Shown piece after piece: positions 17,801-28,767 of a stretch of 28,901 bases of DNA; the first letter of the stretch is position 1, and each line of letters starts with the position of its first letter. The stretch is from Candidatus Electronema aureum. Its GTDB lineage: Bacteria > Desulfobacterota > Desulfobulbia > Desulfobulbales > Desulfobulbaceae. A program made the translations under genes and the position numbers. Location: contig NQJD01000031.1 in NCBI GenBank assembly GCA_004284765.1, positions 1-28,901 on the forward strand. Reading direction: 5' to 3'. The notes under the pieces were generated by a model. It did no database searches and had not been told where the DNA came from. It saw only the letters and a list, made by a program, of their open reading frames with translations.

Positions 17801-20800
17801 GGTCGCCTCCTTCACGGGGGCGTGGATTGAAACGTGATCCTGACCGGCACCGTGAACCTTGGCGGGGTCGCCTCCTTCACGGGGGCGTGGATTGAAACTA
17901 ATCAATCCTGTACTTGTCGTCATTGTGGCGACGTCGCCTCCTTCACGGGGGCGTGGATTGAAACTCTGGAATCTGCGTTTAATGACAAGCGAGGCTTAGT
18001 CGCCTCCTTCACGGGGGCGTGGATTGAAACGCCTTAGCCATGAACGCGAACGATGTTACCATCGTCGCCTCCTTCACGGGGGCGTGGATTGAAACCATGT
18101 AGAACGGTAGCGCGGGTATTAGGGAACGAGTCGCCTCCTTCACGGGGGCGTGGATTGAAACACCCATGTTGTCGTTTTTTCTCCATTCGAATACCGTCGC
18201 CTCCTTCACGGGGGCGTGGATTGAAACACCACCGCATCGTTTTCTTGTATCAATGGTAAAGGTCGCCTCCTTCACGGGGGCGTGGATTGAAACGGTTGCG
18301 GCAGGTATCCAGGCTCTTCAGAAGGTAGTCGCCTCCTTCACGGGGGCGTGGATTGAAACAGGAGGAGCCGAACGCATAGCCTCAATGCACACAGTCGCCT
18401 CCTTCACGGGGGCGTGGATTGAAACCGATGACCTCGACAGCAAAACCCTTATGCTGCAGTCGCCTCCTTCACGGGGGCGTGGATTGAAACCTTGGCAGAA
18501 TCGGGTTTGGACAATGCTCCGGTGTCGCCTCCTTCACGGGGGCGTGGATTGAAACTCCTGCCGCTCCTGCTTTGGCCGCTATGCAGCAGGTCGCCTCCTT
18601 CACGGGGGCGTGGATTGAAACGATACGGTTGAGGATATGCTGCTTGACCGGCCTTATGTCGCCTCCTTCACGGGGGCGTGGATTGAAACAACTGTGTTGA
18701 GCAATGCTCGCAGATAGATGGTGTCGCCTCCTTCACGGGGGCGTGGATTGAAACGTCTTCGGAAGGCAGCCAGACAGCCGGTTTAATATTGTCGCCTCCT
18801 TCACGGGGGCGTGGATTGAAACGAGTTCAGCCCTGTTGCAGTGACCAGAACCCGTAGTCGCCTCCTTCACGGGGGCGTGGATTGAAACTGCCTCGCATAA
18901 GCAGCTTTGCCAGTGGCGGCGTGTCGCCTCCTTCACGGGGGCGTGGATTGAAACAATGACCTGCTTGCCGCGCAAGATTGTCCTACCTGGTCGCCTCCTT
19001 CACGGGGGCGTGGATTGAAACTGTAGCAGACACGGTGTTGATGTTGATCGTACAGGTCGCCTCCTTCACGGGGGCGTGGATTGAAACAAGGATACAGGCA
19101 CGGATTGCCTGGACAACATTGATGTCGCCTCCTTCACGGGGGCGTGGATTGAAACGCTATGCTTCGCATACGCCCATCGCGCAGAAAACGTCGCCTCCTT
19201 CACGGGGGCGTGGATTGAAACTTGGTTGGTAATGGTGCTGAGTTTGGTTTGTCGCTGTCGCCTCCTTCACGGGGGCGTGGATTGAAACTCCGGGATTTGG
19301 AACAAGTTTGCTCATCCTGAAGGTCGCCTCCTTCACGGGGGCGTGGATTGAAACATGCCCGGTTGATTATGGTCAGGAAGCGCAGGAGTCGCCTCCTTCA
19401 CGGGGGCGTGGATTGAAACTTCAAAACAGTACCGCTGATGACAACGCCGCCAGTCGCCTCCTTCACGGGGGCGTGGATTGAAACCTGTTGTCGATATCAA
19501 GGTGCTTGATTCGGAATGTCGCCTCCTTCACGGGGGCGTGGATTGAAACGCCCCTCCCAAAAAGGCCGCTTTTTGGCCCCTAGTCGCCTCCTTCACGGGG
19601 GCGTGGATTGAAACGGCATGTCCTATGAGGATGCTTGTAAGTCTGTGTCGCCTCCTTCACGGGGGCGTGGATTGAAACTGATTACTTTGTTAATGGTGAA
19701 TATAATGTTGGGTCGCCTCCTTCACGGGGGCGTGGATTGAAACTATTTAGATAATACCAGCTACGCTGTTTACCACGTCGCCTCCTTCACGGGGGCGTGG
19801 ATTGAAACAGGCCCTTGGTAGCGACGGTCTCGCTGTGGCCGGTCGCCTCCTTCACGGGGGCGTGGATTGAAACATCTCTCCCGCGCTGATGTTGATCTTT
19901 TCGTCGCCTCCTTCACGGGGGCGTGGATTGAAACGCACAGTTTGCAACTAAAAAGCCCAATAACGAACGTCGCCTCCTTCACGGGGGCGTGGATTGAAAC
20001 CTTAACACCAGCACACTCATCTGTTGAGCAAGAGTCGCCTCCTTCACGGGGGCGTGGATTGAAACTTGTTGCGGTTTGCGAGGCGTTTAAATATGCCTGT
20101 CGCCTCCTTCACGGGGGCGTGGATTGAAACCTGACCGGGGATCAACCGGGCATGAACGGCAGACGTCGCCTCCTTCACGGGGGCGTGGATTGAAACGGAC
20201 TATATTTGCGAATGCAAGGGCAATGACTGCGTCGCCTCCTTCACGGGGGCGTGGATTGAAACGGGCAACAGGTCTTATACCAACAGCATTTTGGAGTCGC
20301 CTCCTTCACGGGGGCGTGGATTGAAACAGCCAAGTTGAAGAGCAGTACACCCGCCGCGTTGGTCGCCTCCTTCACGGGGGCGTGGATTGAAACTCGTCGC
20401 GGTCTGCGAGGCGTTCAAGTACGCCCTGTCGCCTCCTTCACGGGGGCGTGGATTGAAACGTAACGAGTCCTTTGCCTGCGCCGCTACAGCTAAGTCGCCT
20501 CCTTCACGGGGGCGTGGATTGAAACTAGTGAGGTGCGGGGCATGATGGCGGCTCCGGTGGGTCGCCTCCTTCACGGGGGCGTGGATTGAAACATATCAAT
20601 ACTCCTTAGTGTTGGATGGTATAGGAGTCGCCTCCTTCACGGGGGCGTGGATTGAAACAAAGGTAGTCTGATCAACCCGGAAGACCTGAAATGTCGCCTC
20701 CTTCACGGGGGCGTGGATTGAAACGCTTTGGACGGTCACGCCAAGGAAGAGGATGGCAGTCGCCTCCTTCACGGGGGCGTGGATTGAAACTGGGATGTGG

Positions 20801-23800
20801 CCTCAGTCTTTCGTTTGATAGAAGGTCGCCTCCTTCACGGGGGCGTGGATTGAAACCTGATAGCGAAGACCGCCGAGGAAAATCAGGTCACGTCGCCTCC
20901 TTCACGGGGGCGTGGATTGAAACATACTTTGATGATGATCATAAAAATAATCGTCCCGTCGCCTCCTTCACGGGGGCGTGGATTGAAACTATGTTGGTAA
21001 CGTGCAGACGATCACCGATCTTGCGTCGCCTCCTTCACGGGGGCGTGGATTGAAACAGGCTGTTACTGATGCTCATAATCCTTTTCCGTGTCGCCTCCTT
21101 CACGGGGGCGTGGATTGAAACTGAGAGCCGTAGCAAAAACGCGTTGCAGGCGGCAGTCGCCTCCTTCACGGGGGCGTGGATTGAAACTTGGACAAGTGCG
21201 CTACGCGATACCATGACGCTGGTCGCCTCCTTCACGGGGGCGTGGATTGAAACTCCTTAGGATTGTTGAGTTGTGGTTGTTTGGTTGGTCGCCTCCTTCA
21301 CGGGGGCGTGGATTGAAACTTGGACAAGTGCGCTACGCGATACCATGACGCTGGTCGCCTCCTTCACGGGGGCGTGGATTGAAACCAATCTATCCTTGGC
21401 TCTGGTGAGAGCGACATACAGTCGCCTCCTTCACGGGGGCGTGGATTGAAACTTCTGAGTCACGCCCATAAAAAAGGCTTTGAAGGTCGCCTCCTTCACG
21501 GGGGCGTGGATTGAAACTTTTGCTCACTTTGGACTGAAGAGGAGTCATTGGTCGCCTCCTTCACGGGGGCGTGGATTGAAACAAACTCTGTTTCAACGTC
21601 TACGCTTATGCACTCGTCGCCTCCTTCACGGGGGCGTGGATTGAAACTCGGCTTTTTGCGCTGTGGTCGCTGTCTGTTTGGCGTCGCCTCCTTCACGGGG
21701 GCGTGGATTGAAACACAGATCCCCGTACCGCATCTTGCGCAGTACATGTCGCCTCCTTCACGGGGGCGTGGATTGAAACGCCGGTGCGTTGCCGCTGTCT
21801 GCTGCGCCCTCTGGTCGCCTCCTTCACGGGGGCGTGGATTGAAACCTGATCCAACTGATAATTCTGACGTTGGCTGGCTGTCGCCTCCTTCACGGGGGCG
21901 TGGATTGAAACTCTCCCAGTTCCCGCCGCTGCCGTCCTCCTCAATGTCGCCTCCTTCACGGGGGCGTGGATTGAAACATAGACAGCGTGCAAATCAGCGA
22001 CGCGAGGGGATGTCGCCTCCTTCACGGGGGCGTGGATTGAAACTTCTTTGGTCGGCGTTCAGATACCTGCAATCACGTCGCCTCCTTCACGGGGGCGTGG
22101 ATTGAAACTATGAGAGAACGCACTGGAGAAGAACTGCGTCAGGTCGCCTCCTTCACGGGGGCGTGGATTGAAACGTCCTCACGAAATCCTGATGCTGACC
22201 TTCAGCAAGTCGCCTCCTTCACGGGGGCGTGGATTGAAACACCACGATCAATCATATCTGGTATCTCTTTGCCGTCGCCTCCTTCACGGGGGCGTGGATT
22301 GAAACACAGTTTGTACGGATTTAAACACGAAACAGTGTCGGTCGCCTCCTTCACGGGGGCGTGGATTGAAACTCCTGCCGGATGTAGTTGCCAGCCGGTG
22401 AGAGCGTCGCCTCCTTCACGGGGGCGTGGATTGAAACTGTGTCTGCGGCGGCTTGTCGGCTTGGTGCTTCGTCGCCTCCTTCACGGGGGCGTGGATTGAA
22501 ACTGGGCGGTTGTAGCGCGATTCTCCCACGGTTGGAGTCGCCTCCTTCACGGGGGCGTGGATTGAAACATATAGGGCAGGGGGTTGCCCTTGCCCCTTTG
22601 CTCGTCGCCTCCTTCACGGGGGCGTGGATTGAAACATTCCTTTGTGTCAGTGTGAAATAGACGCAAACAGGGGTCGCCTCCTTCACGGGGGCGTGGATTG
22701 AAACGTCCGCTTCTGCTTCTGGGTTTGCTCGGCTGTGGGTCGCCTCCTTCACGGGGGCGTGGATTGAAACAGCAGGAGAATCAGCAAAGATATCGGTCAT
22801 CACCGTCGCCTCCTTCACGGGGGCGTGGATTGAAACCTTGATCATCACTCGCTGCCCTGTCTAAGACCAGTCGCCTCCTTCACGGGGGCGTGGATTGAAA
22901 CATCAGCCGGGATATCGTCATCGGTGTCATAGGCTTGTCGCCTCCTTCACGGGGGCGTGGATTGAAACCTCGATCGTTGGTACATGCTGCACGGTGTTGC
23001 TGTCGCCTCCTTCACGGGGGCGTGGATTGAAACATCACGATGCAGCCAGTATTTGCACTCCATGTCTGTCGCCTCCTTCACGGGGGCGTGGATTGAAACC
23101 AGATACTGGCATCCGGTATCCTTGTCGACGAGGTCGCCTCCTTCACGGGGGCGTGGATTGAAACTGACGATGACCGCCCTCATTGGGATGAGGATTGAGT
23201 CGCCTCCTTCACGGGGGCGTGGATTGAAACGTTGCTTGCAATAAGCAACAAGCTCTTGGCTATGGTCGCCTCCTTCACGGGGGCGTGGATTGAAACGCCG
23301 TAGGTTACAATGGTATGACAGCTTCCATCGTCGCCTCCTTCACGGGGGCGTGGATTGAAACATCATGGCCTTGCGGTACATCGCCAGAGGCTACGTCGCC
23401 TCCTTCACGGGGGCGTGGATTGAAACAAGCAGTTAGCTGTATCACAGGTACCCTGCCCTGTCGCCTCCTTCACGGGGGCGTGGATTGAAACAGCGAAGCG
23501 GTGAAGAGTGGGGAGGATGGCGGTGTCGCCTCCTTCACGGGGGCGTGGATTGAAACTTAATTCCGATGATGAGGATGATGACGGCGTCGCCTCCTTCACG
23601 GGGGCGTGGATTGAAACGTAAAAAAAGATGGCAGGGTTTGGGGCGGCAGCCCCGTCGCCTCCTTCACGGGGGCGTGGATTGAAACAAAGCACCCATTACA
23701 GCGTTGTTAGACCAGATGCGTCGCCTCCTTCACGGGGGCGTGGATTGAAACGTACCCCTTTGTACATAGTGCTAATACTCGCCGGTCGCCTCCTTCACGG

Positions 23801-26800
23801 GGGCGTGGATTGAAACCGGCTTGCGGTGGCTGGGTTTCTGCTCCCGGCCCTGTCGCCTCCTTCACGGGGGCGTGGATTGAAACCTGGCTTACAAAGATAC
23901 TGAATATGTAGTTGACAGTCGCCTCCTTCACGGGGGCGTGGATTGAAACTTGGGCTGGGCCAGGGCGCATGGCGTACACAACTTGTCGCCTCCTTCACGG
24001 GGGCGTGGATTGAAACTCACTGTCACACAGGTGGTTGACATGGTGCTGAATGTCGCCTCCTTCACGGGGGCGTGGATTGAAACTGTCCTGGCCTTACCAC
24101 CATGCAAATGGATCGGTGTCGCCTCCTTCACGGGGGCGTGGATTGAAACTTTTTCGCTTTGATAACGACCATGAGCGTAATAGTCGCCTCCTTCACGGGG
24201 GCGTGGATTGAAACCAGTCAGGCATGATTCGGGGTGATCTGTTTGGGGTGTCGCCTCCTTCACGGGGGCGTGGATTGAAACCAGTCAAGTCCTTCTGCGT
24301 CTCCTCCGTTTTGTGTGTCGCCTCCTTCACGGGGGCGTGGATTGAAACTCATGAGTCAGCTTGCAGTACTTGGCGCGGAACGTCGCCTCCTTCACGGGGG
24401 CGTGGATTGAAACAGGGTGGAGTCCGTCCTTCCCTGCGTATCCTACCGTCGCCTCCTTCACGGGGGCGTGGATTGAAACCTTGGACATCTTGCTAACAAT
24501 AGCGTCCTGCATAGGTCGCCTCCTTCACGGGGGCGTGGATTGAAACGTTAGAACCAACAGCACGACTTCTTTCTAACGAGGTCGCCTCCTTCACGGGGGC
24601 GTGGATTGAAACACCGCCTCGTCAGCTTGCTCAATGACGGCGTTCGTCGCCTCCTTCACGGGGGCGTGGATTGAAACGAACTCAGCACCATAAGGACAAT
24701 CTGCGTTGGCTGTCGCCTCCTTCACGGGGGCGTGGATTGAAACGTTAGAACCAACAGCACGACTTCTTTCTAACGAGGTCGCCTCCTTCACGGGGGCGTG
24801 GATTGAAACCTGCGCCGCCGCTCTCTTGTGGTATCAGCCGCAGTCGCCTCCTTCACGGGGGCGTGGATTGAAACTCAACCCGGAGCAACAGGCCGCTGTT
24901 GATCACCGTCGCCTCCTTCACGGGGGCGTGGATTGAAACGTCGCTATGGTCGCCTTGCTGATCTGCCTGCTTTGTCGCCTCCTTCACGGGGGCGTGGATT
25001 GAAACCCCGTCACCGCCCTGTCCAGAGCCGCCAGTCCCGTCGCCTCCTTCACGGGGGCGTGGATTGAAACAACGCAATCCTGTAATGGGGTAACAGTAGT
25101 ATTGGGTCGCCTCCTTCACGGGGGCGTGGATTGAAACAACGCAATCCTGTAATGGGGTAACAGTAGTATTGGGTCGCCTCCTTCACGGGGGCGTGGATTG
25201 AAACTCTTTAACGCCGGGCAGCAGCATGAGCAGACGGCGGTCGCCTCCTTCACGGGGGCGTGGATTGAAACCACACAGAGACGCATGAGGGAGATGAAAT
25301 GCTGTTGTCGCCTCCTTCACGGGGGCGTGGATTGAAACTTAAGACTTACAGAAAAACGGTTCATGATAGTACGTCGCCTCCTTCACGGGGGCGTGGATTG
25401 AAACCCACAGAGCGCAAGGAGGGCGAATATGTGGCTTCGTCGCCTCCTTCACGGGGGCGTGGATTGAAACTAATCGGCAGCGCGCGGGCGTTGCCTTCCA
25501 ACGGTCGCCTCCTTCACGGGGGCGTGGATTGAAACAAGATGCCCGGAAAATTGACATTGAAGTCCGTGTCGCCTCCTTCACGGGGGCGTGGATTGAAACG
25601 CCACGCTCTCTGTTGAGGCCCGCGAACGCATGGTGTCGCCTCCTTCACGGGGGCGTGGATTGAAACGCTGGAATAAATTACGCCAGCCGCATAAGCAAAG
25701 GTCGCCTCCTTCACGGGGGCGTGGATTGAAACCAGCTCCAGGCGCACCGGCAGCGCAAAGCCGGTTGTCGCCTCCTTCACGGGGGCGTGGATTGAAACCG
25801 GTGCGGCGGCGGCAGCCGGAACAGTCCGCACGTTGGTCGCCTCCTTCACGGGGGCGTGGATTGAAACGCAGCCTGCGATTAGCGTGAAACGCTCCATTTT
25901 AGGGTCGCCTCCTTCACGGGGGCGTGGATTGAAACGTTGGTGAGATGGACGGAAACGATGGGCAGGAGCGTCGCCTCCTTCACGGGGGCGTGGATTGAAA
26001 CGTTCCTCGGTTTTGATAAAAAAAAACCACGTCGCCTCCTTCACGGGGGCGTGGATTGAAACTTAAGCCTGGGGGGGCTGTTGCAGCCTCTGTCGCGTCG
26101 CCTCCTTCACGGGGGCGTGGATTGAAACTGTTGACATTGAAACGCGCAATCTCACGCCTGAGCGTCGCCTCCTTCACGGGGGCGTGGATTGAAACAACAT
26201 TCATCGCACGCATAATATCTTGGTTGATTGTCGCCTCCTTCACGGGGGCGTGGATTGAAACAGCAACCTCATCGGGATAGATTGCTAATTGTGGTTCGTC
26301 GCCTCCTTCACGGGGGCGTGGATTGAAACTTTTTTATTCCAAACAAGCCAAAGTTCTTTTCCGTCGCCTCCTTCACGGGGGCGTGGATTGAAACTCATAG
26401 GACACCTCCTTGTTGTGTCTCACTTAAGTCGCCTCCTTCACGGGGGCGTGGATTGAAACATTTAGCATCTGCCATTTGCTTGAAGCGAGGCAGTCGCCTC
26501 CTTCACGGGGGCGTGGATTGAAACTTCCAAGGGAGTCCTTTGCCTGCGTCACGCAGCTAGTCGCCTCCTTCACGGGGGCGTGGATTGAAACCCCAAGGCC
26601 CGCAAGGTGTCCAGCCTCTTCTCAGGTCGCCTCCTTCACGGGGGCGTGGATTGAAACCCCTTACGCAATAAAGCTGCGCAAGGCCGTGTCTGTCGCCTCC
26701 TTCACGGGGGCGTGGATTGAAACAACGTAATAAGGGCTATTACAGAGCCAATTGACCAGTCGCCTCCTTCACGGGGGCGTGGATTGAAACAGTACATCTT

Positions 26801-28767
26801 GCCACGTTGAAACGGTCTATGCAAGTCGCCTCCTTCACGGGGGCGTGGATTGAAACACATGCCCTCCTTGCTGTGCAGATCAAACAGCACGTCGCCTCCT
26901 TCACGGGGGCGTGGATTGAAACAGCATCTTTGGCGACCTCAACCTGCCGGACATCAGTCGCCTCCTTCACGGGGGCGTGGATTGAAACACCCTGACCTCT
27001 TTTTTCGGGCAAGTTGCTCTTGTCGCCTCCTTCACGGGGGCGTGGATTGAAACTCTCCCTGAAGCTCGTCGTGCAATTTGCGCCCCGTCGCCTCCTTCAC
27101 GGGGGCGTGGATTGAAACACCCCAAGCAGGTCAGGTTCAATTCCTGATCGTGTCGCCTCCTTCACGGGGGCGTGGATTGAAACAGGCTATGGAAACCCCG
27201 GTGCATCAGTACGGCGATGTCGCCTCCTTCACGGGGGCGTGGATTGAAACACCTTGTTTGCGAAACGCAGGAGCGCAACCTGAGTCGCCTCCTTCACGGG
27301 GGCGTGGATTGAAACTCGCTGGGCATCAAGCTATGGTTGACAATACGATGTCGCCTCCTTCACGGGGGCGTGGATTGAAACATGGAGTTGGCTCCGGTAA
27401 AATAATCTATATTATGTCGCCTCCTTCACGGGGGCGTGGATTGAAACATAGTTGCAAGTAGATGAATTTGACGTGTCAAACGTCGCCTCCTTCACGGGGG
27501 CGTGGATTGAAACTGTTGGTTCTTGCAGGCGATGGTTGATCTGGCTGGTCGCCTCCTTCACGGGGGCGTGGATTGAAACACCAAGAAACAGGATGCCGAA
27601 GCAGTATCATGAGGTCGCCTCCTTCACGGGGGCGTGGATTGAAACGTTGTCAGTCATTTACTATCTCCAGATAAAGGTTGTCGCCTCCTTCACGGGGGCG
27701 TGGATTGAAACGATTAAGCCGTCGAACATCACCGATCACCGCACTGTCGCCTCCTTCACGGGGGCGTGGATTGAAACTTCCTTCTGTTGGTTCTGTGTCT
27801 GCTGCGGCTTGGTCGCCTCCTTCACGGGGGCGTGGATTGAAACTCGGTGCATCTGATTTTGTTAGCAAGCATTCTTACGTCGCCTCCTTCACGGGGGCGT
27901 GGATTGAAACTCTTAGATTGACGTGGGTCTTATTGTCAATCTAGTCGCCTCCTTCACGGGGGCGTGGATTGAAACTCTCCCGGCCTTGCCCACCTTTTTG
28001 TTTTCTTAAGTCGCCTCCTTCACGGGGGCGTGGATTGAAACCAGTCTGCGGCGGTGATCAGGCAAATTTGATGATCGTCGCCTCCTTCACGGGGGCGTGG
28101 ATTGAAACACATTGTAGCCGGATACCGTGGGTAGAGGAACTGTCGCCTCCTTCACGGGGGCGTGGATTGAAACTACGGGATGCGTTGCCGGTGTTATTGT
28201 TCTTTAAGTCGCCTCCTTCACGGGGGCGTGGATTGAAACACCTTCATAGGTTATCAAGTCACGGATAAAGGCAAGTCGCCTCCTTCACGGGGGCGTGGAT
28301 TGAAACAGTGGAAAAGCTGAAGGTGAAGTAACCCAAAGTTGTCGCCTCCTTCACGGGGGCGTGGATTGAAACTTCTCGCATTATATTTCATTTTAACGGC
28401 TGCTCGTCGCCTCCTTCACGGGGGCGTGGATTGAAACATGGTCTGCCATTGGTGTATCCGGGCCGCAGTTCGTCGCCTCCTTCACGGGGGCGTGGATTGA
28501 AACAGGCACTGATACAGTCCAGCAGGCCGCTTATAATGTCGCCTCCTTCACGGGGGCGTGGATTGAAACCAGCCGCAAATCCCTGAAGAACATAAGATTG
28601 CCAGTCGCCTCCTTCACGGGGGCGTGGATTGAAACTTGATTGATAATTTGGCATCAGCACAAGGACTTGTCGCCTCCTTCACGGGGGCGTAGATTGAAAC
28701 AGATTCAGCACGATCAGAGGAACAAACAACATGACGTCGCCTCCTTCACGGGGGCGTGGATTGAAAC
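2810..28767 (+). CRISPR. CRISPR array, type I-C-like 32-nt repeat GTCGCCTCCTTCACGGGGGCGTGGATTGAAAC; 394 repeats / 393 spacers by manual parse
   Basis: I tracked every repeat start from 2810 (R1) to 28736 (R394). The mean unit is 65.97 bp. Spacers are 29-38 nt, mostly 33-34. The repeat has a 7-bp stem (CGCCTCC/GGGGGCG) with a TTCAC loop and the GTGGATTGAAAC tail shared by known I-C repeats. The array follows cas4-cas1-cas2. Overlapping spacers imply a TTC PAM. Confidence 0.99.
28669..28700 (+). repeat. Only variant repeat noticed in the array (penultimate repeat R393, G23A: ...GCGTAGATTGAAAC)
   Basis: Position 28691 is A where all other repeats have G. The change lies in the 11-nt 5'-handle portion, outside the hairpin. 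The terminal repeat (28736..28767) is perfect. Confidence 0.9.

Noticed and set aside
25536-26163. Spacers 25536..25567 and 26129..26163 share TTGACATTGAA (11 nt), suggesting another spacer family.
   Set aside because: The flanks diverge completely on both sides, so the match is too short to separate from chance.
2810-28767. Dozens of 60-212 aa ORFs in the six-frame track inside the array, with recurring peptides [29 protein letters not shown] on + and [27 protein letters not shown] on -.
   Set aside because: These peptides are simply the 32-nt repeat translated in its six frames at about 66-nt periodicity. The ORFs are stitched together by repeats and have no independent coding signal.
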